Origin: Alphaproteobacteria bacterium
Lineage (GTDB): Bacteria; Pseudomonadota; Alphaproteobacteria; Caedimonadales; UBA1908
Direction: 5' to 3'
Assembly: GCA_013911655.1 (NCBI GenBank)
Contig: JACESU010000001.1
Coordinates: forward strand, 256,063-320,062
DNA length: 64,000 nucleotides
The translations under genes were made by a program, and so were the position numbers. The notes under the pieces are model-generated. The model did not search any database and was not told the origin of the DNA. It saw only the letters and a list, made by a program, of their open reading frames with translations. Shown here in pieces: positions 17,947 to 27,975 of this stretch. Position 1 is the first letter of the stretch. The number at the start of each line of letters is the position of its first letter.

Positions 17947-19161
17947 TTAATTCTGAGACGGTAAAACCCACAGCTTTTCCTCAGCGTCGAGGGTTCCGTT
18001 TTTCAAAGCGACTCTGATGGCAGCGAGCAGCCTGTTCATATGAAACACATTGTGTTGAGTAATAAGCTGCAAGGCGAGCATCTCTTTGGCGCGCAGCAGG
18101 TGATGGAGATAGGCGCGCGAGGCTGTCTCACAGGTTGCGCACGCACAGCTTGAGTCGATGGGACGGTCGTCTTCGCGGTATTTTGCGTTATTCAGATTCA
18201 AGTGCTCGCGCCCATCGGGACGTTCTTCGGGGTCGACGTCCGCACGCACCAGTGCGCCGCCGTGGCGGGCAAGACGCGTGGGATGTACACAGTCAAAGGT
18301 ATCGATGCCGCATTTGACGCCATTGAAAATATCGGAAATACCGCCGATCCCCAAAAGATGAATGGGGCGCTCGCTCGGGAGGAGTTCTGTCGTCATGGCA
18401 ACGACGTCATACATCTGGGCCTTTTCAGCGCCAAGGGATCCCCCAATGGCATGGCCAAAAAAGGGTTGGTGTGCGACAAAGGTCGCCGAGTCACGGCGCA
18501 AGTCCGGATAGACGCCGCCTTGGATAATACCGTAGATGGCTTGCTTGCCTGTATGGTGTTTTTTGAAGGCGGCAAGGCTTCGAAGGCCCCAACGGTGGGA
18601 CAGCTGCATAGAGCGTCTTGTATACTCTTTATCCACATGGAAAGGCGTACACTCATCCAGCACTACGACCAAATCAGGCCCCAGCTCCCGCTGGACCTGC
18701 ATGGCGTACTCAGGGGTAAGGGTATGGAGACGTCCATCGACGTATGATCTAAAGGTCGCACCTTCTTCGGTGATGTGCGAAAGTTTTTTCTCGCGTCCTG
18801 ACATGCGACGCCCTTTAATTTCACTGGCAACAGAGCCGTGACCCAGGCTGAAAATCTGAAACCCGCCCGAGTCTGTCAGCATCGGTCCTTGCCAGCCCAT
18901 GAATTTGTGGAGTCCGCCCATTTTTTCCACAAGGGCGCTTCCTGGCTGCAAAAGCAGATGGTAGGTGTTGGCCAAAATGATTTGAGTCCCGGCGTCCTTC
19001 ATTTGCGACGGGGTAAGCCCCTTGATGGCAGCCTTCGTCGCGCAAAAGATAAAAGCCGGGGTTTCAAGGCTGCCGTGGGGTGTGTCAAGGACACCGCATC
19101 TGGCCTTGGTGTGGGGATCCTTGTGGGTGATCTGAAAAGAAAAATTAGGATAGCTCAACAT
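17947..19161 (-). CDS. tgt: tRNA-guanine transglycosylase (queuine tRNA-ribosyltransferase)
   Basis: TPAFIFCATKAAIKGLTP, ILANTYHL, LTDSGGFQ, and a Zn site CxCxxC...H (CACATCETASRAYLHHL). Confidence 0.9.
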   Translation of the reverse strand: MLSYPNFSFQITHKDPHTKARCGVLDTPHGSLETPAFIFCATKAAIKGLTPSQMKDAGTQIILANTYHLLLQPGSALVEKMGGLHKFMGWQGPMLTDSGGFQIFSLGHGSVASEIKGRRMSGREKKLSHITEEGATFRSYVDGRLHTLTPEYAMQVQRELGPDLVVVLDECTPFHVDKEYTRRSMQLSHRWGLRSLAAFKKHHTGKQAIYGIIQGGVYPDLRRDSATFVAHQPFFGHAIGGSLGAEKAQMYDVVAMTTELLPSERPIHLLGIGGISDIFNGVKCGIDTFDCVHPTRLARHGGALVRADVDPEERPDGREHLNLNNAKYREDDRPIDSSCACATCETASRAYLHHLLRAKEMLALQLITQHNVFHMNRLLAAIRVALKNGTLDAEEKLWVLPSQN

Positions 19162-19924
19162 GAGGAGGTCCTTTCAATTGACGGCAGATGAGGGAAAGAA
19201 GAGGGAGGAACAAAAGGCCTACGAGTAGGCGAATCCAATAGGTGCCCAGGATATAAGTCCAAAGAAGGCTGTCCCAAGAAACGGGAGTGGGTGAAAGCAC
19301 AACCCAGGCAAGAACGCTGAAAAGCGCATTATCCACAAGAAAGGCCAAGGCCGTAGAAAAGGTCGCACGTGCCCACAGGGCATTCGTACGCGACGTCTTA
19401 AGGCCGGCAAAAATCGTGATGTCAAGGCATTGACTGCAAAGGTAGGCCGTTAGGCTTGCGAGCAACAGACGGGGGGCTGGTAAAAAAAGCACCTCCATGG
19501 CGCGGTGGGCTTCAAGAAAGTGATAATCAGCATGAGTGGGCGGTACATCTAAAGGGTGAATCCCAAGGGTAAGGAGCATCAGAATTGTCACAAGAAGCAT
19601 CGCCCCAAACCCCAGCCACACGCCTTTAAGGGCTGCCTTCTTGCCATAGCATTCTGTCAGAATATCACTTGCCACAAAAGTAGAAGAAAAGACAAGGGTG
19701 CCAAGGGCAATGGGGGTTTGGCTAAAGGAAAAAAGAACGCCCTTGAGGACTTGGATATTACCCACCACCAAGGCAAGGATGCCGTAAACGTACAGGCCAC
19801 TTTTGCCAAAAAAACGCGCAAACCCATAAAGACTAAGGCAGCAAGTGATAAACGTCAGGGATAAAACGGCTTCGGTAGGCCAAGTATGGAGAAAACGGAT
19901 CAGGTGAAGAGGATCTGGGGCCAA
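19145..19924 (-). CDS. queuosine-precursor transporter (YhhQ/VUT family) membrane protein
   Basis: Polytopic protein with the motif FVASDILTECYGKKAA, typical of the YhhQ/DUF165 family. TTG start. Its 3' end overlaps the tgt start by 17 nt. Confidence 0.65.
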   Translation of the reverse strand: MAPDPLHLIRFLHTWPTEAVLSLTFITCCLSLYGFARFFGKSGLYVYGILALVVGNIQVLKGVLFSFSQTPIALGTLVFSSTFVASDILTECYGKKAALKGVWLGFGAMLLVTILMLLTLGIHPLDVPPTHADYHFLEAHRAMEVLFLPAPRLLLASLTAYLCSQCLDITIFAGLKTSRTNALWARATFSTALAFLVDNALFSVLAWVVLSPTPVSWDSLLWTYILGTYWIRLLVGLLFLPLLSLICRQLKGPPHVELS

Positions 19925-19925
19925 G

Positions 19926-19964
19926 ATAAAAAAAGGCGCCTTTTGAGTTATCTCAAAAGGCGCC
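19926..19964 (-). terminator. rho-independent terminator downstream of rpmB
   Basis: 13-bp stem ggcgccttttgag / ctcaaaaggcgcc followed on the minus strand by TTTTTTTAT. Confidence 0.75.
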
Positions 19965-19975
19965 TCTCCTAAACC

Positions 19976-20275
19976 TTATGCAGCAGCAAAAGAGCGCGCA
20001 GCTTGAGCTTTTTCCACACGCCTTTTGAGGGCGCGGGCCTCAGGGGAAAGCTTCAAGTTAGAGGTCTTTGCAAAAAATTGATCAAGACCACCATTCTTTT
20101 CAATGGTACGAATGGCGCGTGTGGACACCTTCATACGTACAGGTCCAAGCACTTCACTGAGGAAAGTAACCTCTTGAATGTTTGGCAAAAAACGACGACG
20201 TGTCTTGTTGTTTGCGTGGCTTACATTGTTACCAGACATAACGCCTTTACTGGTAATGGGGCAACGACGGGACAT
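19976..20275 (-). CDS. rpmB: 50S ribosomal protein L28
   Basis: [32 protein letters not shown] is the canonical L28 sequence. Confidence 0.95.
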   Translation of the reverse strand: MSRRCPITSKGVMSGNNVSHANNKTRRRFLPNIQEVTFLSEVLGPVRMKVSTRAIRTIEKNGGLDQFFAKTSNLKLSPEARALKRRVEKAQAARSFAAA

Positions 20276-20370
20276 CTTTCACATTCCTTCTCTATAAATA
20301 ATCTTGTGCTTCTACGTACGCTACATTCCCCAAAAGGTCAAGGGTTAATAGATAAAACCTTCCCTTTATC

Positions 20371-21930
20371 TTAGAGGGGCAAGGGCGCTGCTTCAATCTT
20401 TTCGGTGGGCTTTCCCGCTGGAATTCCCCAAAGCACAACCCCCAAGGCCACAAGGGTCACGAGTGCCCCGCCCATCATGTTCCAACTAAGTCCTTGAACA
20501 AAAGCCTCTTGCATACCTTGGAACAGGGTTGGAATGTGGTGAGGATCAAAGCCCGTAAAGGCGTCTTGGGGAAGGTCAGCCTTGGCAATGAGAGAGGCAA
20601 GCTTTTCATGTTGCACGCCCGTCAATTGAATCCCTTCTTCTTGGAGTTTTGTAAAAAGGGTATCCCGTCCCCACAGAACCACAAGGCTAGTGCTGAGAAT
20701 AACGCTGAGTGTGTTCCCGAGCATCATGATCATGGTGTAAACGCCTGAGGCGATACTAAGATCCTGGGGCGCTGCCGCGCGCAAAACCGCGATATTGCAG
20801 CCGGCAAAAAAGGATCCAAGTCCCGTTCCCATTAGGAAAAGACACAGGCACACAAACCACAGGTTGGATTCCTTGTCAAGAAAAGCGCTGAAGGCAAAGC
20901 TGACAAAGGCAAAAAGGGTGCCTAAAATCATGGGTGTTTTGACGCCCACAAGGTCAATAAGTTTACCGCCAATGGGTGATAGTAAGCCCATAGACAAGGT
21001 CATGGCCATGAAAATAAGACCCGATTGATAACTGGAGTATTCAAGGATATTCTGCAGGTAAAGGCCCATCAAGACCAAAATCATAGAAAAAGAAATAGCC
21101 ATCAACCCAATGCCGATCACAGAGGCGATGTAAGCTTTTGAGCGGAAAAGATGTCCTGGAATAAGGCGCGTGGCGCTGTACTTGTCCTGCCAGCTGTAAA
21201 GGCCTAGGAACAAGAGGCCTCCGAGAAAGAGGGCCCAGAGGCGAGGCTCGCCCGGTCCCCACACCTCAAGTTGGTTTAACGCATAAAACGGTAGGCACAC
21301 GCCTGCCATGAGGAAAAAGGACGCGATGGGATTAAGGCGTGTTTTTTCATGGGGGATTGTATCCTTAGGGCAATAAAGAAGGGTGATCAAAATAACAAGG
21401 AGCCCCAGAGGCACATTAATATAGAAAATCCAACGCCACCCAAAATGTTCGATGATATAGCCCCCAAGATTAGGACCCGTGGCAAGGCCAAGCCCCCCAA
21501 AGGAAAGACCGATACTGATAATGATGCCCTGACGTTCAGGCGGGCAGGAGGTGAACAGCAAAGACCACGCGGGCGCTGTCATCAAGGCGCCGCCAACCCC
21601 CTGGAGAAGGCGTCCTGCAATGATGACGCTAAGCGAGTGTCCAATCCCTGCCAAGGCCGAGCCGATCATGAAAATAAGCATGCCAAGAGTAAGCGCTTTT
21701 CGGCGCCCCATGGTATCGGCCAGGCGGCTTGCTGGAATCACAAGAGCCGCCCAAATCAGGACGTACGCGCTTAGAAGCCATTGTAGATCATTCAGGTCAG
21801 CATTAATTTCGTGAGCGACAGGTAAAAGGACCATATTTACCGCTGCGTAATCGATATTTAAAAGAAAAAAGATCACACTGATGGCGCTTAGGATCATCAC
21901 AAGATGAAAGGGAAGAGATGTGCGTTGCAT
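20371..21930 (-). CDS. MFS transporter, DHA2 (14-TMS, EmrB/QacA-like) family
   Basis: About 14 hydrophobic segments. MFS motif A-like GRLADTMGRRKA, and motif C-like segments. I prefer the start at the ATG at 21930 (MQRTSLPF...). Confidence 0.8.
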   Translation of the reverse strand: MQRTSLPFHLVMILSAISVIFFLLNIDYAAVNMVLLPVAHEINADLNDLQWLLSAYVLIWAALVIPASRLADTMGRRKALTLGMLIFMIGSALAGIGHSLSVIIAGRLLQGVGGALMTAPAWSLLFTSCPPERQGIIISIGLSFGGLGLATGPNLGGYIIEHFGWRWIFYINVPLGLLVILITLLYCPKDTIPHEKTRLNPIASFFLMAGVCLPFYALNQLEVWGPGEPRLWALFLGGLLFLGLYSWQDKYSATRLIPGHLFRSKAYIASVIGIGLMAISFSMILVLMGLYLQNILEYSSYQSGLIFMAMTLSMGLLSPIGGKLIDLVGVKTPMILGTLFAFVSFAFSAFLDKESNLWFVCLCLFLMGTGLGSFFAGCNIAVLRAAAPQDLSIASGVYTMIMMLGNTLSVILSTSLVVLWGRDTLFTKLQEEGIQLTGVQHEKLASLIAKADLPQDAFTGFDPHHIPTLFQGMQEAFVQGLSWNMMGGALVTLVALGVVLWGIPAGKPTEKIEAAPLPL

Positions 21931-22085
21931 GGTAGGCCTCACAAAACGTGGTGCATTACAGTAGATTACCCTGCACTGACACACAAGTCACTTATTTTTC
22001 ATAAAAGTTACAGTTCTGGCATGACCCTTACGCCGACCCAGCAAGAATAGGGACGGCGTTTGATAAAAGAAGGCTCATGAGAATT

Positions 22086-22949
22086 TTATAAAAGCCCTTC
22101 TACGCGCAGTTTAGCCAAAATGTCAGCGTCTTTGGGAAACAGTCCTGCCTTGATAAAGGCTGCGCGTGATTGTTTAATTTGGTAGGGCTTAAGATAGGTT
22201 GCCTTTGTGAGAACTACCATCTGTTCGTCCATGGGAGTCGCGGCCTCCTCAAACTTGAGTGTTGCTTTTTTGTGAGATCCTTTGCCGGACTTGGGATCAT
22301 AGTTTTGACCAAGAGCTTTAAAAAGAGTCTGAATCTCGTGAAGAGAGATCGTCACTTTTTTATCGCTTTTCACATCAGGGTGATACTTTGAAAAAAGCGT
22401 GTAAAAAGTTAAAATCGCATGCTTGTTTGCGGTGATATCCTCTACATAAAGGATGGCTGGTTGTTGTGGCTGTGCTTGCGGTTGTAGTTGTGGCGCCTGA
22501 TTTTGTGGTTGGGCCTGCAGTTGTGGTTGAGGTCTGGTTTTAATCTTTGTTGGTTGAGTGGTTTTGGGTAGTTTTCTGGATCTTGTAGGGGTATGGCTAA
22601 GAGAGAAAGTCGCCATCTCATCTCTGGTAGCGGATGAAGACGGCTTATTCTCACCGAGAGAAGACGTCACAGGCACATGATCAGTCTCGGCCACTGCCTC
22701 GTGGTTGAGGGTGTTTCTAGCAAGCTGAGAGGACGGCTGCTTTTTAGGAGTAGGGTGTGATGACTTCTGAGTAGCTTCCTTTACAGTTTCTTGGAATCCT
22801 TTGATGTGGGAGGCAATCTTTTTGTTTTTCGCAAGCACTCTTTGTTGACGAGCAAGGAGTAATTCTGTTGTCAGCTCAAGATCTCCTGTTTTGTCAGCCA
22901 AAAGTTGGTGTAGTGTCTCAACCTTATGTCGTGTAATGTCAACATTCAA
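22086..22949 (-). CDS. hypothetical protein: coiled N-terminus, Pro/Gln-rich linker, C-terminal HicA-like domain
   Basis: TTG start. The linker is QPQLQAQPQNQAPQLQPQAQPQQP. The C-terminus IQTLFKALGQNYDPKSGKGSHKKATLKF...YLKPYQIKQSRAAFIKAGL resembles the HicA (YcfA) fold signature GSH ... LKP..I....L..AGL. Confidence 0.45.
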   Translation of the reverse strand: MNVDITRHKVETLHQLLADKTGDLELTTELLLARQQRVLAKNKKIASHIKGFQETVKEATQKSSHPTPKKQPSSQLARNTLNHEAVAETDHVPVTSSLGENKPSSSATRDEMATFSLSHTPTRSRKLPKTTQPTKIKTRPQPQLQAQPQNQAPQLQPQAQPQQPAILYVEDITANKHAILTFYTLFSKYHPDVKSDKKVTISLHEIQTLFKALGQNYDPKSGKGSHKKATLKFEEAATPMDEQMVVLTKATYLKPYQIKQSRAAFIKAGLFPKDADILAKLRVEGLL

Positions 22950-23003
22950 AAGAAAGTCTTGCGGTAGGTCTACAATTTTGGAGAAGTATTCTCGAGATTT
23001 TTG

Positions 23004-24014
23004 TTAGTCTTCTAAATGCAAGTAAAAGTAGCAGATGTTCATTAAAAAACGAATATCGTTCTGATGATGAGCGCCTAATAAATCCTCAAAGAGTTCGACT
23101 TGAGCGCGTAGAAAGGCTTGATGTTGTTGTTGATCGCAGGGATCAAGGTGCGTGGTCGAAAGATAATGGTTGAAGTGTGCGATAAGCATGACATTACATT
23201 CGTGTGGCGCTTGAAAGGGTAGATCTGCATCTAAATGTGTGCCAACAAGAGGCGTGCACAAAGGGATCGCCTGTTCATGTTGTTTTTGTTCTACAAGATG
23301 TTGTGCGTAGTGCTTTATGAGAAAATCAGAAGGTTTTCTATCTATCTGATAGAGTGCCTTTGTCAGCTTTTGTCTTAGAGCAGAGAAATGATTGGCCGTC
23401 AGAGTGTTAAAAACGATGTCGGCAAGTGCGTCTGCACAAGGGCCGGCCTGATTTTGCTTTAATAGCTCATAAAGGTCTTTAAAAGAATCAATGACATTTT
23501 TTTCTAGGCCGATCATTCTTGTGCGCGCCGCTTGATTGTGTGTGTTTTTGCGGGTTCCACTATTCATGTTATCTGATACAGACTTTAATGTGGCAATATG
23601 GCTTTGAATTATTTGAAATCGGTTGCCAATGTTTTGGTTAGCGATGGTAAAAGATCTCAGATATGTTTGAAGCTCAGGAATGATCGTAGATGGAAGTTTT
23701 TCATCGTCAAGGCGCGGGAGATAAAGGCTTTGGCAAAATTCATTCATACCCTCTAGAAATTGAGAGGATCCCGGCGTTAGTTTTGTGCGCGCATGATAAA
23801 GGTCAAGGTTTCGATCATAAGGAAATCGTGTTTTAAGGTGTATAAATTCTTCGTTGAGAGATGTGCGATTCTCTGGTGATGTTGTGTATTCATTAGCCTC
23901 GTTAAAGTTCTCTTTATATATGGCGCCAGACTTGTGGCGTCTGATGGTGTCGATGTCGTGAAGGCAAGCATGACTTGTATCGAAAAGAAAAGAGAATGAA
24001 AGTGCTATTCTCAT
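23004..24014 (-). CDS. hypothetical helical protein (336 aa)
   Basis: Long ORF downstream of a TTGACA -35-like element at 24073-24078. I recognise no family. Its context is AT-rich. Confidence 0.45.
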   Translation of the reverse strand: MRIALSFSFLFDTSHACLHDIDTIRRHKSGAIYKENFNEANEYTTSPENRTSLNEEFIHLKTRFPYDRNLDLYHARTKLTPGSSQFLEGMNEFCQSLYLPRLDDEKLPSTIIPELQTYLRSFTIANQNIGNRFQIIQSHIATLKSVSDNMNSGTRKNTHNQAARTRMIGLEKNVIDSFKDLYELLKQNQAGPCADALADIVFNTLTANHFSALRQKLTKALYQIDRKPSDFLIKHYAQHLVEQKQHEQAIPLCTPLVGTHLDADLPFQAPHECNVMLIAHFNHYLSTTHLDPCDQQQHQAFLRAQVELFEDLLGAHHQNDIRFLMNICYFYLHLED

Positions 24015-24668
24015 TATATTGATAAACCATTAAAAAATAACTACAATATACATATGTGCTGTAAGTTTATTTTGTCAAATTCATATTCTGATCAATAGCG
24101 TTGTCCAAAAGAAGACAAGAAGGGAGCCGTAGTGCAAATGTATTGAATTATTAGAGAAAAAGAAAAAATGTCATGGGTGGTAATTAAAAAATAATTTTTA
24201 AGATTGTAGATTATTTTAATAATACTTACATGGTTGCTCTGGTGTGGCTCGGAAGAAAGAAAGCTCTTCTCTTGGGCTTAAAAAGACCGTGTTTGAAAGG
24301 GCGCATGACCCTCGTTAACAGTAAGTAGATATATGATCAAACCAGTTTTAAAAATTATAAAAAATTAATCTTTATAACTTATGAAGTGTTTTTGGCTTCA
24401 TAAAGTTATATTGGAAGATCAAAAAAAGTTATAAAAATTGTTTCTTTGCAGATTTTTAAAGAATAAAAAAAGGGTATTTAAGGTATAAAACAGAATTATT
24501 AATGAGCACAAGTTTTCTTTAAGTATTAGTAATAATCGTCAATGTTTTGTGAAAAAAATATTATTTTTTTTGATGAAAGTTGAAATAACCTCTTAACGAA
24601 TCCATAAAAATCATTTAACATTCTTATTAAGGTGGTGCAAGTCTACCGGACCAATGGGAGGATAATAA

Positions 24669-25433
24669 ATGCGTGTACTAGTGATTGAGGATGATCAAGC
24701 AACATCTAAAGTATTGCAGATGAGCTTGCAATCTGAAGGGTTTGTATGTGATACGACAGCCGTAGGTGAAGACGGACTTGAGATCGCGCGCCACTATGAT
24801 TATGACCTTATTATCCTGGATTTGATCTTACCTGATATGGACGGCTATGAAATTCTCAGGCGCCTTCGAGCTGTGCAGGTCTCAACGCCAGTACTGATTT
24901 TATCGGGGCTAAATGATATTGACGATAAGATCAAAGGGCTTGGATTTGGGGCAGACGATTATTTGACAAAGCCGTTTAACCGTGAAGAGCTGGTTGCACG
25001 CGTGCGCGCTATTATCCGCCGTTCGAAAGGGCACCCCAATTCCTTAATCCAAGTAGGTCAACTACGCATTGATCTGAACGCCAAAACCGTAGAAGCCATG
25101 GGTAAGCCCGTCAGGCTTACGGCCAGAGAGTACTCCATTCTTGAGCTTCTTGCCATTCGTAAAGGGGCAACCCTGTCGAAGGAGGTCTTCTTGAATCACC
25201 TCTATGGCGGCATGGAAGAGCCTGAATTCAAAATCATCGACGTTTTTGTGTGCAAGCTACGTAAAAAACTTTCTGATGCCCTTAACGGCGAGAATTACAT
25301 CGAGACCGTTTGGGGTCGGGGATATGTTCTTCGTGAGCCAACGGAAGAAGAAGCTGCCCTTTATAAAAAGCAGTCCGACCTTTTAGGGGACGAAGCATCT
25401 TATCCGTTGGATGGAACAAGGGCCCGCGCCTAG
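24669..25433 (+). CDS. ctrA: cell-cycle response regulator CtrA (OmpR family)
   Basis: Nearly colinear with my recollection of Caulobacter CtrA: MRVLVIEDD..., [75 protein letters not shown]. Confidence 0.9.
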   Translation: MRVLVIEDDQATSKVLQMSLQSEGFVCDTTAVGEDGLEIARHYDYDLIILDLILPDMDGYEILRRLRAVQVSTPVLILSGLNDIDDKIKGLGFGADDYLTKPFNREELVARVRAIIRRSKGHPNSLIQVGQLRIDLNAKTVEAMGKPVRLTAREYSILELLAIRKGATLSKEVFLNHLYGGMEEPEFKIIDVFVCKLRKKLSDALNGENYIETVWGRGYVLREPTEEEAALYKKQSDLLGDEASYPLDGTRARA

Positions 25434-25578
25434 CCAAGCTTTGATCTGTGGGGAAGCGTTTTAAAAGCGCAGCCCCACGGCACACCATGGTTTCTTTTCT
25501 TTGCTTGAATTTCAGTGTCTTGTTATTGCTTTCTGACTGCGTTAGCCTAATGTCAAAATAAAGGGAGCTACGCGCAAC

Positions 25579-27603
25579 ATGGGATATAGGCACATTATTG
25601 CAAGGGCCTTAGGGGGCATGGTAATCATTTGTCAAAGCTTAGGACTTATTCAAGGACAAACGGTCATGCGTGCGGCCTCATTGACACCTCCCCAGGAAAT
25701 TCCCCACGCCGTTCATCGATACGGCGAAGAAGAACTAACAACCCTTGCGCATGACGCGGTGCTGCACGCCGTGAGGGTCCTCTATGAAAAAACTGACGCT
25801 GTCATTGTCGTAGCAACGGGCCAAGAAATGGAAGGCTTTTACAAGGCGCTTGTACAGCTTTTCCAAGAGGATTCTGGCTTAGATTTATCAAAGGCTTCTT
25901 TCTTTTTGATGGATGAGTATGAAGGACTTGGCAGCACACATCCCCTAAGCAATGCCTATTTTTTTAAGAAACACTTTCTTGACCCCTTGCGCCAAATCAG
26001 TGCGGTGCGAGCACCTCGCGACGATGCTTTCTTTTATCCTGGTCAGAAAATACTGGAAACAAAAATCGATGTTGTTTTTTGGAAAGACTTTTTGGCGTCT
26101 AAAGAGCGAGCTTCTCCAGACCTTGTGGTGTTGACTTTTGGGGCGGCCTACCCTGTGCGAGACATCCTTGGAACCATCACCATTAAAGGGGGGCGCGTCG
26201 GCGCGGTCGAGCCGGGCATGTCCTTCACAGAGGAGATTGTCCAGGTGAGCTTATCCGACCATAGAAAAGCCGAGCTTGCCCACCGTTATAAAGCCCTTGG
26301 GCGCCTCATTGAGGCTCATGAAATGCCTCCTTTAAAGGAGGGCGCGCTTGACGTGCCCAACAAGGCGTGGTCTTTTACGCCGATGGCATTTGCGGGAGCT
26401 AAAACACTTCTTGTGTTGGCAACTGGCGAAGATAAAGGCCCTGTTGTGGCGCAGATTCTTGAAAGTGAGCCCTCAGTTGATATACCGGCCTCCTTTTTGT
26501 CACGCCTCACTCAGGTGAGTTGGTACGTGGATGCGGGGGCGGCGGGTCAGTTGACGACGACGGCGTGGCAAGACGGCCTGTTGGCCACAGAACAAATGAC
26601 AGCGGCCCTGTGTCAGGCAAGTGCGACCTGCCGTGTGGCGCCCTTGATTCTCGAGAAGCATTTCCCAGCCAAGGCCGTCACATGTGACCGGGAGATGCTT
26701 GAAACAGCCCATGCGGGTCTCAAAGGAAGGCTTGCGTCTTGTTTAACCACGGACAACTGGCCAGAAGGTAAGCGCGTCCTCGTCTTGTCACCTCATCCCG
26801 ACGATGATGTGATCAGCATGGGGGCGGCCCTCGTGCGCTTGCAAGAGAGGGGTAATACTATTCATATCCTTTATGCGGTGACAGGGGCGAACGCCGTGCG
26901 CGAGTCTTTACCCGCTTACGCTGATGCTTATTTGCAGGTGACGAACTTTTTACCAGAAGGCAGTGGAAAAAAGAAAAATGTGGCAGCCAAAGCCCTTGTA
27001 CGCGAGTGGGAGGCGGCGCAAGCTACAGGTCTTTTGGGGGTGCCTTCCCAAAATCTTATTTTCTTTAAGGCAGATTATTATGAGCGGCGCGGTATTCCGG
27101 GGCTCTCTCCCTTTAGCGTTCAGGACATGATGCGTATGAAAACAGTTTTAAAGGACCTCGCGCCTGATGTCGTTTTCTTTGCTGGTGAAAATGATCCAAA
27201 CGGCGCACACGGTCTTTCAACCCAGCTTTTAGCGGCCGCTCTTGACACGCTTGTGGGAAACAATGAGCTAAAGCCCCCTGTCCTTTACGGTTACCGAGGT
27301 GCCTATAATGAGTGGCCTTTGAGTGATCCGTCTTCTTTGCTGATGGTTCCCTATGACACAGCCCTTCAAGATCACAAGATTCGGGCGATCAAAGCGCATG
27401 TGTCACAGCTCGATCCCCTTTACCCGTCTTTTGATCCGCGCCCCTTTTTTCAACGCGCCAAGGACCGAAATGCTGCAAGCCAAGAACAATTATCGTCTCT
27501 TTTGGGGTATCCACTGATAGATCCCGTCACGGGGGAAAAAGCCGTGGGCGTAGAGGTGTTTAAAAGAAAAAGTCTTCAAGAATTTCTTATCCAATACTTA
27601 TAG
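25579..27603 (+). CDS. fusion protein: NagB/6-phosphogluconolactonase-like domain + LmbE/PIG-L-like deacetylase domain
   Basis: N-terminal part: ATGQEMEGFYKALV...FFLMDEYEGL (NagB-like). C-terminal part: VLVLSPHPDDDVISMGAALVRL (PIG-L/LmbE motif). Hydrophobic N-terminal segment. Confidence 0.65.
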   Translation: MGYRHIIARALGGMVIICQSLGLIQGQTVMRAASLTPPQEIPHAVHRYGEEELTTLAHDAVLHAVRVLYEKTDAVIVVATGQEMEGFYKALVQLFQEDSGLDLSKASFFLMDEYEGLGSTHPLSNAYFFKKHFLDPLRQISAVRAPRDDAFFYPGQKILETKIDVVFWKDFLASKERASPDLVVLTFGAAYPVRDILGTITIKGGRVGAVEPGMSFTEEIVQVSLSDHRKAELAHRYKALGRLIEAHEMPPLKEGALDVPNKAWSFTPMAFAGAKTLLVLATGEDKGPVVAQILESEPSVDIPASFLSRLTQVSWYVDAGAAGQLTTTAWQDGLLATEQMTAALCQASATCRVAPLILEKHFPAKAVTCDREMLETAHAGLKGRLASCLTTDNWPEGKRVLVLSPHPDDDVISMGAALVRLQERGNTIHILYAVTGANAVRESLPAYADAYLQVTNFLPEGSGKKKNVAAKALVREWEAAQATGLLGVPSQNLIFFKADYYERRGIPGLSPFSVQDMMRMKTVLKDLAPDVVFFAGENDPNGAHGLSTQLLAAALDTLVGNNELKPPVLYGYRGAYNEWPLSDPSSLLMVPYDTALQDHKIRAIKAHVSQLDPLYPSFDPRPFFQRAKDRNAASQEQLSSLLGYPLIDPVTGEKAVGVEVFKRKSLQEFLIQYL

Positions 27604-27975
27604 TTTTTTTTGGAAAAGAAAAAAATAGCTTGCGTTCATATATCAAACTCTTTAAAGAGGGGGCAGTTTATGTGTAACCAAAAGAGGACTTCCCCCCATT
27701 ATGATCTCAGCGGCGTCTGTCGTATCTTTTTTGCATGTCAGCACTTGTGTTGATTTCTCTTTCTTGGTGATGTCACCAAGCTTTCCAAAAAACGCTTTCT
27801 ATTCTTTTAGAAATCCTTATCTGCATGAATGGTGACTTGCTTTTTCAAAAAAGCGTCAATCGATTAGTCTTGCGTTAGCAAAGGGATTCTTTCTTTTTGT
27901 GCCAAGTTTGACGTCCATAAATATTCAGATAACTACTAAGAATTTTTATTTGCGTGTTGATTTAGGAGAAATGAA

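Noticed and set aside
24615-24630. TTAA-cattctta-TTAA upstream of ctrA as an autoregulatory CtrA box
   Set aside because: The spacer is 8 nt, not 7. In DNA this AT-rich, near-matches are expected by chance.
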